A program made the position numbers and the translations under genes. From positions 1 to 64,000 of the forward strand of contig JANNQV010000051.1 in NCBI GenBank assembly GCA_031400935.1: DNA of 64,000 nt, read 5' to 3'. Source of the stretch: Armatimonadota bacterium. GTDB taxonomy: Bacteria > Armatimonadota > Fimbriimonadia > Fimbriimonadales > Fimbriimonadaceae. This document shows positions 1 to 9,989 of this stretch, piece after piece; position 1 is the first letter of the stretch; every line of letters starts with the position of its first letter. The notes beneath the pieces are model-generated. The model was not told the DNA's origin. It worked only from the letters and a program-made list of their open reading frames with translations, and did no database searches.

Positions 1-77
1 GGTGCCCCCCCCCTGTGGTCCCCCAATTCTATTGGTAAAGAACCATGTTTTAACCTATATTTTTGCGCGAATCAAAG

Positions 78-101
78 AAAAAGCGCCGACATGGTCGGCG
101 C
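78..101 (-). terminator. Intrinsic terminator downstream of the GGDEF gene
   Basis: Minus strand reads GCGCCGAC-CAT-GTCGGCGC followed by TTTTT; perfect 8-bp stem. Confidence 0.75.
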
Positions 102-185
102 ACTCACAAAGAACTCCCAAAGAAATTTCCAAAGTTGTCCCAAAGGGTAGATGACGTAACGCAAAGTCAAGCCACATGTAACCGG

Positions 186-1214
186 CTAGGAAGCTTTGAG
201 AGTCTTGCGCCTTTTTTTGGCTGAATACATTTCTTCGTCGGCCTGCTTCATAATCTCGCCGTACGAAGTTTTGCCACTTACCGAGACTACTCCGAAACTT
301 ACGCTCAAATATTCTGTTTCGCCTTCGAGTTCAACAGGCGTTGCCTGTAGATCCCTTTCCATTTGTTCCAGCTTAGATTGGAGTTGAGAATTGGTTCCCT
401 TCAAAACGACAGTAAATTCGTCTCCTCCTAATCGGGCAACAAAACCAGTCTTGCCGACTGCCTCTTTGAGTAGCAATGCAAATGCGATCAGAGCCGCGTC
501 GCCAGCTGCATGGCCGAGTTCGTCGTTTATTTTCTTGAATCCGTTTAAGTCGAGGAGCGCCAGCGCAAACGGGGTTCCGTCCGCTACCTTTGCAATCGCC
601 GTGTGCAAATAGAATTCATGGGAAGTGCGGTTGGGAAGTCGTGTGAGCGCGTCTGTCTTTGCTGCTGTTTGGGCTACATCGAGCCGGCTCCTCATGGTTT
701 CAATTTCTTCGCAATATGTTTCGTGAATGTCCTTGCTGACTTCGGCATAATATTTGACCGATTTTAGCAGCCCTTGCACTTCGTCTTGAACTACCGCCTT
801 CCATTCTTCAAACGATTCAACGTCTTGCAAGCTACGCAACCTTCTGGAGGATGCTTTCGCCGAATCGGCAATCGAATCGCCCGCATTTAGTGCAGTGTCA
901 AGAGTGTTTACTAAGCTTCGCAAAGATTCGTCAAGGTTGAAAATGAGGTCATCAACGGCGTCTTGCTGTTTGGAGGCGACACCTTCAACGGTCGCAGAAA
1001 TCTTTTTTTCGAGGGTGTCTACTTCGGCATTGTTGGCAATTTCGGCGCCTAATTGATCCAATTTGCGGCCGCAATTTTGCAACTCCGGGTCATCAGGCAG
1101 CAATAAGAATTGCTTCATTGACCGAATTGTTTCGGAAGTCACTTGCCTCCAAATTTCATCACCGACATGTGATTGCTTAAACCATTTACCCAGCACAATT
1201 AACTTATTCAACAT
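186..1214 (-). CDS. Diguanylate cyclase with N-terminal coiled-coil region
   Basis: TDALTRLPNR, LDLNGFKKINDELGHAAGD and ARLGGDEF motifs; no RxxD I-site; no TM segment. Confidence 0.93.
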   Translation of the reverse strand: MLNKLIVLGKWFKQSHVGDEIWRQVTSETIRSMKQFLLLPDDPELQNCGRKLDQLGAEIANNAEVDTLEKKISATVEGVASKQQDAVDDLIFNLDESLRSLVNTLDTALNAGDSIADSAKASSRRLRSLQDVESFEEWKAVVQDEVQGLLKSVKYYAEVSKDIHETYCEEIETMRSRLDVAQTAAKTDALTRLPNRTSHEFYLHTAIAKVADGTPFALALLDLNGFKKINDELGHAAGDAALIAFALLLKEAVGKTGFVARLGGDEFTVVLKGTNSQLQSKLEQMERDLQATPVELEGETEYLSVSFGVVSVSGKTSYGEIMKQADEEMYSAKKRRKTLKAS

Positions 1215-1262
1215 TTACCAGGCGTTTTCGCCCGGCAAGGGTGCTAGGAAAAGGTCAAGAAG

Positions 1263-2873
1263 TCACTCCGCTCCTATCAGGTGGCACCGAACTTCCGCAA
1301 CGGTCCACCCCAAACGGTCTTCTAGTACAAACGATCCACCCAAATTCTTGACCAAGCTTGCAACAATAGTTAGTCCAAGACTTGTGGAACGGGTCAGGTC
1401 GAATTCAGTCGGAAGCGGGTCGCCCAGATTTGAAACCCATAATCCTAAATCTCCGCCCCTATTCTCGATTGTGATATGGATCGAGCCTTTCCGAGAGGAC
1501 TCAAAGCCATGCTCGACGGCATTTTGCAATAGTTCGTTGAGTATGAGAGCGATCTGAGTTGCTTGAACAGTTCCCAAAAAGACATCATCTCCTCGAACCT
1601 GATATTCGATCTGATGATGAGGCAGAACGATTGATTCTCTTTGCAAGTGGACAAGGGTTTCGGCTAGTGTACGAAGTCCAACATGGTCCAAATCTTCCCT
1701 TGAAAGCAAATCATGAACAGCGGCGATTGCCGAAATTCTCGATAGAGTTTCTTGGAGCGATCCCGTTAGTTTTGGGTCGCTCGCATGGCGCATTTGTAGT
1801 CGAAGCAGAGAATTGATCTGCTGCAAATTGTTCTTGACTCGGTGGTTCATTTCCTGTAGGAGCGTGGATCGAACCTGAATGCGTGCTCTTTCAATTGCGA
1901 GCGAAGCCTGTTGAGCGATCGTTTCCAAGGCTTCAATTTCTTCCTTGGCAAAATCGCGCACATCGCTTGTGTAGCAGCTCATAACCCCTAAAGGCTGTTC
2001 TTGCATCATTAGTGGCACGCAAATCATTGACCTAAGGCCTTGCTCAGCGGCGAGGTCGTGGCCGATATAATCGGGATCAACAAGCACGTCGCGAACGATG
2101 ACGACCTTATTTTGGGAAAGAGCTTTACCTGCAATGGACTCGCCCAGTTTGATAGAGGGCTTTCGCCGGTACGCCCTAGCTGAAGCCTGCGTTGCCCTCA
2201 GTACGAGCTCGTTTCGCCGATCATCTAATAGGCGAACTGTGCAAACCGTGTAGCCGAACTGTTGTGCGGTCATGTTTACAAGAAGCTGCAAAATTTCTTC
2301 CAAATAAGGGCTAGATGCAATCTTTTGGGCAACTTGGCTGACTGCGTCAAGTTTGCTATTTTGCAGTCCGAATCTACTAAATTTTTGTGATGCGGCATAG
2401 ACATCGCTAACGGCTGAAACCCAATCTCTCCAAAGTTCAACGGTATCGTTTCCAATTGTCTGTGGCTCATGCCAAAACAGAAGAACGACTCCAATCGGAC
2501 TATCGAAAGAGATCATTGGGACAACAGCGACTGCCTCAAAATGCGAATCTTCTACGCCAGGATAGGGCACATTGTCAGGATGTTTAGCTGCTCCACTTTG
2601 AATGACGCGAGAAATTCCGCTTCTCAGGACTTTTCCGCACAAACCAACCCCTGGTCCTAGTCGGCAACGATGTGTTAGCTCAGGCGTGTACGTGCTAGCC
2701 CGCATTACCAATTCATCGCCGTGTTCGCGTAAAAAGAGGTCGCACCCGTCGCAGCCAGTTAAGCGGTGAATCGAATCGCAAAGTAGCTCAAGCAAATGAT
2801 CGTCAGAATCAGCCTGAACGAGCGTTTGCCAGATAGACAGTTTTTCGTGGCTCTGGTTTGCCATGGCTGGCAT
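1263..2873 (-). CDS. Cytoplasmic GAF-GAF sensor histidine kinase (HisKA_2, PdtaS-like)
   Basis: H-box EMNHRVKNNLQ, N-box NELLQNAVEHG, G-box SLGLTIV; two GAF-like segments. Start placed at the ATG just after the era stop (2864 is an alternative). Confidence 0.88.
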   Translation of the reverse strand: MPAMANQSHEKLSIWQTLVQADSDDHLLELLCDSIHRLTGCDGCDLFLREHGDELVMRASTYTPELTHRCRLGPGVGLCGKVLRSGISRVIQSGAAKHPDNVPYPGVEDSHFEAVAVVPMISFDSPIGVVLLFWHEPQTIGNDTVELWRDWVSAVSDVYAASQKFSRFGLQNSKLDAVSQVAQKIASSPYLEEILQLLVNMTAQQFGYTVCTVRLLDDRRNELVLRATQASARAYRRKPSIKLGESIAGKALSQNKVVIVRDVLVDPDYIGHDLAAEQGLRSMICVPLMMQEQPLGVMSCYTSDVRDFAKEEIEALETIAQQASLAIERARIQVRSTLLQEMNHRVKNNLQQINSLLRLQMRHASDPKLTGSLQETLSRISAIAAVHDLLSREDLDHVGLRTLAETLVHLQRESIVLPHHQIEYQVRGDDVFLGTVQATQIALILNELLQNAVEHGFESSRKGSIHITIENRGGDLGLWVSNLGDPLPTEFDLTRSTSLGLTIVASLVKNLGGSFVLEDRLGWTVAEVRCHLIGAE

Positions 2874-2875
2874 TT

Positions 2876-3775
2876 TTACTCCGAATATTCTAATTCTCGC
2901 AACATTCGGAGGCTTTGCCTCCACTCTTCACGAACCAAAACATGAAGCTCAAGAAACACATGTTCTTGCACCAAATCTTCGATTTCCTTTCGCGAGTCAA
3001 TGCCTAGTTGCTTGATGAACTGTCCGCCTTTGCCAATCAGGATTGCGCGTTGCGAAGCCTTTTCGACCACCACTGCCGCACTGATTTCAAGATCGCCTTT
3101 TGCGTTTGGCCCCCATGCTTCAATCCGAACGGCAGTTGAGTGAGGCACTTCTTGCTTTGTGCTTAAGAGAACCTTTTCGCGAATGATTTCTGCGACCATA
3201 AACCGAGTGGACTGATCTGTAAACTCATCTGTTGGGAAGAGTTGATCTCCTTCCGGAAGAACTTCAAGGAGCATTTCTACCAATTTGTCGAGATTTTGGC
3301 CTCGTGTCGCCGTTGTCAGCATCCACTTTTCTGTGGCAAACAGTTTGCAAAACGCTTCCGTGTTTTCGACGACAAATTCAGCTTTCAGCAAATCCATTTT
3401 GTTGAGGCATAGAATGATTGGAATTTCTGTTTCAGCTTTCGCAGCATTCAATGCCAGCTTTGCTATTTGGCGGTCCAGTTCGTTCGGCAATCGAGCCGCG
3501 TCAACCACAACCAAAATGGCATCTATGCTATCTAGTGCGCCACGGGCTTGATCCACCATGACCTTGCCAAGTCGAGTGTGTGGCTCATGGATTCCTGGAG
3601 TGTCAACAAAAACGATCTGCCCGACTTCAGATTGGTAAATTCCAATGGCGCGTCGGCGAGTCGTCTGTGGCTTGCTCGAAACGATTGACACTTTTTGACC
3701 GACGATTGCATTGATTAAAGTGCTCTTGCCGACATTGGGCTGTCCTATGGCAGCGACTATTCCTGCTCTAAGCAC
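2876..3775 (-). CDS. era: GTPase Era
   Basis: GQPNVGKST, KPQTTR, DTPG, NKMD and C-terminal KH domain (ILIGKGG). Confidence 0.97.
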   Translation of the reverse strand: MLRAGIVAAIGQPNVGKSTLINAIVGQKVSIVSSKPQTTRRRAIGIYQSEVGQIVFVDTPGIHEPHTRLGKVMVDQARGALDSIDAILVVVDAARLPNELDRQIAKLALNAAKAETEIPIILCLNKMDLLKAEFVVENTEAFCKLFATEKWMLTTATRGQNLDKLVEMLLEVLPEGDQLFPTDEFTDQSTRFMVAEIIREKVLLSTKQEVPHSTAVRIEAWGPNAKGDLEISAAVVVEKASQRAILIGKGGQFIKQLGIDSRKEIEDLVQEHVFLELHVLVREEWRQSLRMLRELEYSE

Positions 3776-3778
3776 GGT

Positions 3779-6700
3779 CTATTCCCGCTTCCTGAACATG
3801 ATGTTCATGCCAACTTCGTCGTCAAAAGTTGTAGCAGTGGCGTTGCTTCGATCAAAACGCTTTTCATTTCGTACAGGCTTTCGTCTTCGCCTCCCAATTT
3901 TAGCGTCGGATTCGATTTGCTGAGCAGGCAATGTGGCCTCTACCTCTTCCAAAGATGGCGGGCGCAAGAACCAGTCTTCGCCAACGTCATCGCTGGCGTC
4001 TCCGAAGGCATCATCAAGTCGCATAATCGGAACATCGAACATGGCCGAATCAGCCATAAGGCTGTCTTCATGCCTCTCTGGAAGGTTTTCCATATGAAGC
4101 AGGTCAGCAGGACTGGCAGCAAGAATGGCCTCAAGTTCTAGCCTTTCCCCAACTAAAAATAGATGAGTCGAGCCATCCAGAGCGGTGAATTTCACATTGC
4201 TAGATTCGCCTGTCTCCCACTGTTTCGAAAGCAAGTTGTACGCCTCCCAATTTCTCGGAAGAGCAATTGCTCGCTGACCTGCGCCAGTGCAGTGGATGGT
4301 CAAGAATGGTGCGCGAACATGAACAACGTCGCTATGATAGTTCCAAATGTGGCAATTTGCGATTTGTGCAAGCGCGCGTAGAAGTCCTGGCGTCACGTAA
4401 GGTTCGCCCATGAAGACTGACTTCCAATGCTTCGATGTGTCCGGATCCTCGTTGAAGTCTCGAACCACGAAACTGGGAAGCCCGGATTGCGAGTACTCGC
4501 CAAGAACGATTGCCTCTTCTGGAATCGCAAAATATGAAGGGTCAACATTTGCGCCTCCGATTAGGCCGTGCCCGGCAAAAGCGTCGCAAAGCGGATGCCG
4601 TTTGTTCAACACGGTTGTTCCCGTTCTTGAATGGAAGGGTTGCGGCTTGATAGCAATGCCTGTCACTTCACGTGCCCGTTCTAGGGATTCTCTGCCGTTG
4701 TCGAACATTCCCGCGCAGTAGAGCCAAAACAAGACTTTTCCGTCGCAATGAAGCCGGTTTTTGATCGCCATTCTGTGTTCAGGTCGAATGTCCCAAGCGT
4801 TCAAGAAGATGTTCAGCTTGCATTCAGGGAAATTGTCTCGGTGTGCAAGATCGCTTAGTAAAAAGAATCCAGCGCTGAGTCCAGAACGCAATACAGATTC
4901 GCGAACATCTTGCACGAGCAAGGCAAACGATTGCTGGTCTACAAGGTAGGCGAGTGCCCTTTCATCAATGAATACCGCGACATCTGGAGCGGTCTGAGGC
5001 GCCGCCATGCGAGTAGTTAAGAGATCGGATGCCGCCTTTCCACGATCCCAAATGGTTGAAGTGTTTAGCCAACCGTTGCCCCAAAGATCCATCCAATAGG
5101 CGCCTGCCGAATGGGCAAGCGAAGCACCCATGCCGCGCCAATGAACAGCTTCTAAGGCTTGAGGAGTGCGAATAACCGGATTGTAATCGTCTGGCTCGTG
5201 CGAATCTCCAATTGCGGTCTTGAAATCCTCTTCTGACAAATAAAGTTTGCCGTTGAGAGCGAGCGAATCAATCGGGCATGGAAATGGCGCATCGCCGCCT
5301 GGCTCGCGTGACCGATAACTTGGAGGACCAGCAATAAAGTCAATCTCTCGTGTTCGTAAGAGTTTGCCAAGGCTCAAATGTCCGCTCGCAGGATGCGACC
5401 ATTCAAATGTATAACCGTAGCTGACACCGACTACAAAATAGCCTTCTGAAGCCTCTTTAGCTGTGTATGCGAGGTTTGCGATTCGAGAATAAGTCGAATC
5501 ACTCAAGAACAAGTGGTAGTCAACCCAGCGTCTGCCGTGCCGACTTGTTCGCATAAAGTGATCGCCTTCACTGGCATCGCGATATTCTGGAATTTGGACT
5601 GTTGGGAAGGTGACTTGACCATCGAACCAAGCTGCGCGAAAAGCAACGGTGTCATTGATGTATCTCGTTCGTAGCCAATCGCGAAATGCGCTTGTTGCCG
5701 CTGTCGAGTTGTCATAGCCAACTCCTTGAGGGAAGAACCATTCGCCGCGGTCGAGGTGAACACCTAGAACAGAGTCCTTTTGCTCCGAAAGTCGAAGTCT
5801 GCGAACAAATTCGGCTAGGCATTGATTGGCAACGTCCCAATATTCGTTGTCGCAAACGCTGGGCTCGGCAATTCGTCCAGCCTCGGTCTGATACCTTGCG
5901 TTCGGATAATGCGATTCCCAATTCTTTGGCGCGCTAAAACCGACTCGGAGAATAATTTGTGCTTCGGGGTCAACTTCAAGAGTTTGAGCGATCATGTAAG
6001 CGGCAAACGAAACAGCACTGTCTACTGCATTAGGCGAAACTTCAAACTCAATCAAATGAGAATGAAGGTGCACACCGGCTTCGGCGGCACGCCGAATTTC
6101 CGAGAGCACGACTTGCGACCTTTTCTCGTCAGGGGAACTGGCGAAGAACGCTAGCGGCGGATAGACGCGCTTGTTGCGAACTAGAGTGGGCAATCCGTCT
6201 CGGACGACAACTTGAGGTGCATCATCCGGAATTGGAATTTGCGGCCGTGTCGGCACGACTGGTTCCGGCTCTGGTTCAGGCTCGGATACTTTGTGTGGCT
6301 TTCTTGTCGAGACTGACTTTTCATCCGATTTCTTGCTTCGGAATCGAACTGCGATTTCGCCCTCGAAAATTTCTGGCTCAGAAATGTCCTCTTCGATTTC
6401 TTCGACAACTGGTTGTCTCTTAGCTCCACGAGTATTCTTTGGTTGCTTGATTTCTGTTATCGCGTTTGTCGGCGTTGCCTCTGAAGGCTCTAACGCCTCT
6501 TGCTGGTGCCTTGGCTTGCGCTGATCGCGCCTCTGATTTGGATGGCGCGATCGTTGCGGTCTTCCTTCGCCCTTCGCTCTCCACATCACTTCAATGTCGT
6601 CAAAGAATTCTCGCTCATTTGATGATTCGTCAACTATCGCAGGAGGATCAGAGATTTCAGGCGTCCTTTGATTGCGATCCTGCCTTTGAGCAGGCCTGTT

Positions 6701-7117
6701 CGCCTTCAATACTGGTGCCGGTACAACTACCTCGGGTTTTTCGATAACCTTTGGTTCAGGCAATTTTGGCCTTTTTTGCTTTGGCTGAAGTTTTTCTTCT
6801 TCAACAAGCTCAGCCAGAGTCTTAGCAATTTTGGAAGCCTTTTTTTCTAAAGGAGCAGCTTCGGGCAAAGCCTGAGCTCGAATTGCTTTTGCGGCTGGCT
6901 TTGCTTCAGCCTTAACGGCGGGCTTGGCTTTAACAGGTGCTTTTGCCTTTACTTGTGCAGTTTTAGGGGCATCAGGTTTGGTTGCTTTTGCTTGTTTTGG
7001 CTTTACCGAAGCCTTCGAAACTTCCTTCGGAACAGATTTCGTAGGTTTCTTGACCTTTTGAGTTGGAGGAGCAATGTTAGCCAGTTCTTCGGATAACGTC
7101 ATCGTTTTCTTTTTCAT
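3779..7117 (-). CDS. Large cytoplasmic protein: about 300-aa low-complexity N-terminus, beta-galactosidase/GH42-like barrel and trimerisation-like domain, charged tail
   Basis: 1112-aa ORF; GEWF, FRDWLRTRY..AFRAAW, WVDYHLFLS, IDFIAGPPSY and DVAVFIDE resemble GH42-like proteins; no signal peptide. Confidence 0.6.
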   Translation of the reverse strand: MKKKTMTLSEELANIAPPTQKVKKPTKSVPKEVSKASVKPKQAKATKPDAPKTAQVKAKAPVKAKPAVKAEAKPAAKAIRAQALPEAAPLEKKASKIAKTLAELVEEEKLQPKQKRPKLPEPKVIEKPEVVVPAPVLKANRPAQRQDRNQRTPEISDPPAIVDESSNEREFFDDIEVMWRAKGEGRPQRSRHPNQRRDQRKPRHQQEALEPSEATPTNAITEIKQPKNTRGAKRQPVVEEIEEDISEPEIFEGEIAVRFRSKKSDEKSVSTRKPHKVSEPEPEPEPVVPTRPQIPIPDDAPQVVVRDGLPTLVRNKRVYPPLAFFASSPDEKRSQVVLSEIRRAAEAGVHLHSHLIEFEVSPNAVDSAVSFAAYMIAQTLEVDPEAQIILRVGFSAPKNWESHYPNARYQTEAGRIAEPSVCDNEYWDVANQCLAEFVRRLRLSEQKDSVLGVHLDRGEWFFPQGVGYDNSTAATSAFRDWLRTRYINDTVAFRAAWFDGQVTFPTVQIPEYRDASEGDHFMRTSRHGRRWVDYHLFLSDSTYSRIANLAYTAKEASEGYFVVGVSYGYTFEWSHPASGHLSLGKLLRTREIDFIAGPPSYRSREPGGDAPFPCPIDSLALNGKLYLSEEDFKTAIGDSHEPDDYNPVIRTPQALEAVHWRGMGASLAHSAGAYWMDLWGNGWLNTSTIWDRGKAASDLLTTRMAAPQTAPDVAVFIDERALAYLVDQQSFALLVQDVRESVLRSGLSAGFFLLSDLAHRDNFPECKLNIFLNAWDIRPEHRMAIKNRLHCDGKVLFWLYCAGMFDNGRESLERAREVTGIAIKPQPFHSRTGTTVLNKRHPLCDAFAGHGLIGGANVDPSYFAIPEEAIVLGEYSQSGLPSFVVRDFNEDPDTSKHWKSVFMGEPYVTPGLLRALAQIANCHIWNYHSDVVHVRAPFLTIHCTGAGQRAIALPRNWEAYNLLSKQWETGESSNVKFTALDGSTHLFLVGERLELEAILAASPADLLHMENLPERHEDSLMADSAMFDVPIMRLDDAFGDASDDVGEDWFLRPPSLEEVEATLPAQQIESDAKIGRRRRKPVRNEKRFDRSNATATTFDDEVGMNIMFRKRE

Positions 7118-7802
7118 GTTTTTCTAAAATTCCTAGTTCGATCCATGCTAACAATTCTTCAGGCCGCTCGAATAGTAGATCGGGCGCTTCTTGCAGCAGG
7201 ATGTCTTTGTCGGTTGAGCCGTAGCTCACGGCGATTGCGGCCGCTCCAGCGGACTTTGCGCATCGCATGTCAAAAATCGAATCTCCAATCATGATTGCCT
7301 TTGGAGGAGTGGTGTCCAGTAGCTTACAGGCATGAAAAATGCTGTCTGCGTGCGGTTTTGGATAGGTAACGTCAGAGGCGCAAACAGTTATGTTCACTGA
7401 GTTCGAAGCCACGAATTTGGGCCAAAAAGTCTTCATCTCTGTTCCATTCTTGCTGGTAACGAGGGCTGTCTTCCAACCATTCTTATGGAGAAGTCGAAGA
7501 GCTTCCACTGTTGGTTCAAAATAGGGATCGTTGGCTTGATGAATCGCATATCGTCCAATCGTAAACTCAATCGCTTCCTCAATTTCTCCCGGATTGGCTT
7601 TTCTGCCTATTGCAGTTCGTATTTGCTCAGCCAATGGAATGCCAACTAGGCTTTGAATCTCTTTCTTCGTGAACTCACGGCTTCCATATTTTCGGAACAT
7701 ATCCGTGAGGCCTGCCATGCAACCGCCGACTGAATCTACAAGAGTTCCATCGACATCAAACAAGACGGCTTCAAATTGATAAAGGGAGATGCCATTTGGC
7801 AC
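7077..7802 (-). CDS. HAD-IA hydrolase (phosphoglycolate phosphatase/PpaX-like)
   Basis: FDVDGTLVDS, VTSK, KPHA, MIGDSIFD motifs; GTG start inferred 7 nt after TAATCT. Confidence 0.88.
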   Translation of the reverse strand: MPNGISLYQFEAVLFDVDGTLVDSVGGCMAGLTDMFRKYGSREFTKKEIQSLVGIPLAEQIRTAIGRKANPGEIEEAIEFTIGRYAIHQANDPYFEPTVEALRLLHKNGWKTALVTSKNGTEMKTFWPKFVASNSVNITVCASDVTYPKPHADSIFHACKLLDTTPPKAIMIGDSIFDMRCAKSAGAAAIAVSYGSTDKDILLQEAPDLLFERPEELLAWIELGILEKHEKENDDVIRRTG

Positions 7803-8008
7803 GATTCTTAGATTATGGCAGACGGGGGGCGTGACGTGGGTCATGGGGTAACTAAGAGTCGAGTCACCAATTCACCCAATTCACCCTTGTCACCCACTTC
7901 ATCCAATTCAAAGGGAGAAACCTCAAGTAGATTGTCAAATCACTACCCTTAGGATTCCAAGCAATCTTCCGAGGATTGGAAGGAACCGAAAAACTGGAGG
8001 TATCTGAG

Positions 8009-9979
8009 ATGGAAATTCTTCCTATCTCTCCAAGTTCGATTCCGGCGCGAGAAGCGAATCCGCTTACCGCAAAGCCAAAGGAATTGATCAAACCGGAGAA
8101 AGAGAACTTTTCACAAGGGCACGAAGAAACGAAACTGACGAAACACGAGACACGGAAGGAGCTACCGACAGATGGGCCGAATGCCCAGTCGCAAAAGCCG
8201 GACTTTCCGTACAGCCTCGTCGCTGGAGTCACATTTCATCTTTCAACCCCGATTGCACCCAATGGTGCATCAACTGACGAGCATATAGGAGATGTTACGT
8301 CTAAGGGCGATAGCGTTTCGCTTGACCAAGCAACAGCATTTCCAAATCCAATTGCATTGGGAGCACCTCAAGGGATTTCGATCCAGTTGGGACGTCCTGA
8401 CCGTAAATTGCACTTTGGGGAACCAACTCTTGACGCTGATTCAATGTCTGCTAAGTGGCAGAAAATCGGCCCAAATGTTGACTTTGCAAAGTTATCGCCA
8501 GAGTTTGCTGCTCAATCTGAAAAGCTATCTGCTGCGATTAAGAACTTTGAAGTTCCTGGCTATGCGAAGGAAATTGATCTGTCTAATCTTTGGAACGGCA
8601 GTAAACCTGTTCAAAGGAAGCCAGAGGCAACCCTATTGCCAAATGCGTTTCCGCAACCTTCTATTGCTCCAAACAATACTAGTAGCACAGCGGTTTCGCT
8701 TGCTGGGCTTCAATCGTTGCCTGGTGCACCCACTTCACTAGCTTTTGACAGTGCGATCCTGTCGTCTGGAGTTGGAAACTTCAGCATTGGTGCCGACCTC
8801 ACAGCGGCGGACCTGATTGATCCTAAAAAGTTCAATCCAATTCCGCTTCCGGTCGAGGAAGTGCCACAACTCCCAAGTGCCGGTGCTCGACCTAAAAAGC
8901 TGGCTCAAACTCCGCTACCGGTCGAGGAAATACCACAACTCCCAAGTGCTGGTGCTCGACCTAAAAAGTTGGCTCAAACTCCGCTCCCAGTAGAGGAAAT
9001 CCCGACAGTTTCAAATGTTGCTGGGCAGCCTAAAAAGCTTAATCCAGCTCCACTTCCAGTCGAGGAAATTCCGACAGTTATAAGCAATGGTGCACGGCCT
9101 AAAAAGCTGAAACCAACTCCGCTTCCTGTGGTGGAATTGCCACAGCCTAAAAAGCTGAATCCAACTCCGCTTCCGGTCGAGGAAATCCCGACTGTTTCAA
9201 GCGTTGTTGGGCAGCCTAAAAAGCTTGATCCGACTCCTCTTCCTGTTTTCGAAACAGTACGAAATCAGGAAAATATTGATTCTGACAATGGGATTGACTG
9301 GGCACAGGTCGAAACCGTGGAATCTCTTGGTTCGACCATGAGCGAGAATCCGATCATCAAAGCCGGTTCGAAAGATGATTGGAACTGGATTGCAGATTCT
9401 GCAGATTCAGTCTTGAACTCACTTGGATTGGACACAGATGCAGGCCATGCGGCAGCAAGTGTGTCTACCGCAAAGTCAGAATTTGGTGTCACAAGAGCCG
9501 TAGACATCCGAGAAATCAAGTCCGATCAGCATCTGCCAGAGGTTGCTACTAAGCGACTGATTGAAGTTATCGCCGACCGCTTGGAAGCCATTGCCGCGGC
9601 CAAGCCAAAAAACGGCGTGACGATTCAGCTTCGTCCACTAGACCTTGGCTCAATTACGATGATTGTCAAAAACTCGGGCAACGAAGTTGGTGCCGAACTG
9701 TACGCTTCACACGATAGCGTCCGCCAAGCGCTCGACCAAAACCGAGCAATGCTTTCACAACATTTAGAATTGAAGGGAATGCATTTGGCTAGCGTGACAG
9801 TAGCAGATTCGTCCCTTTCCAATTCGACGAGTGCGTTTGCAGAGCAAAACGCACAACGAACACTTCAGCAAAATTCAAATCAATCTTCGACGGTTCGATT
9901 TGCCGAAACAGATCCAGCGATGGACCCGAATCAGCTCTTGCGAAAAGGCAAGACTGACGGAATTGATTACTGGATTTAG
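8009..9979 (+). CDS. fliK: Flagellar hook-length control protein FliK
   Basis: C-terminal IQLRPLDLGSI..VRQALDQN..LSQHLE domain, Gln-rich tail ending IDYWI, long Pro-rich N-region, directly upstream of flgD; GGAGG RBS before ATG 8009. Confidence 0.88.
   Translation: MEILPISPSSIPAREANPLTAKPKELIKPEKENFSQGHEETKLTKHETRKELPTDGPNAQSQKPDFPYSLVAGVTFHLSTPIAPNGASTDEHIGDVTSKGDSVSLDQATAFPNPIALGAPQGISIQLGRPDRKLHFGEPTLDADSMSAKWQKIGPNVDFAKLSPEFAAQSEKLSAAIKNFEVPGYAKEIDLSNLWNGSKPVQRKPEATLLPNAFPQPSIAPNNTSSTAVSLAGLQSLPGAPTSLAFDSAILSSGVGNFSIGADLTAADLIDPKKFNPIPLPVEEVPQLPSAGARPKKLAQTPLPVEEIPQLPSAGARPKKLAQTPLPVEEIPTVSNVAGQPKKLNPAPLPVEEIPTVISNGARPKKLKPTPLPVVELPQPKKLNPTPLPVEEIPTVSSVVGQPKKLDPTPLPVFETVRNQENIDSDNGIDWAQVETVESLGSTMSENPIIKAGSKDDWNWIADSADSVLNSLGLDTDAGHAAASVSTAKSEFGVTRAVDIREIKSDQHLPEVATKRLIEVIADRLEAIAAAKPKNGVTIQLRPLDLGSITMIVKNSGNEVGAELYASHDSVRQALDQNRAMLSQHLELKGMHLASVTVADSSLSNSTSAFAEQNAQRTLQQNSNQSSTVRFAETDPAMDPNQLLRKGKTDGIDYWI
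8822..9250 (+). repeat. In-frame tandem array, 7 units of mostly 69 bp (23 aa, PKKLxxTPLPVEEIP...)
   Basis: CCTAAAAAG unit starts at 8822, 8891, 8960, 9029, 9098, 9146 and 9215; one unit shortened to 48 bp. Confidence 0.95.
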
Positions 9980-9989
9980 GAGAAAAACA

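Noticed and set aside
7900..8008. Sigma28 or sigma54 promoter for fliK
   Set aside because: No convincing TAAA-N15-GCCGATAA or GG-N10-GC consensus found by eye.
8822..9250. CRISPR-like repeat/spacer appearance
   Set aside because: Units are in frame within fliK, vary at synonymous positions, the variable parts resemble each other, and no cas genes are present.
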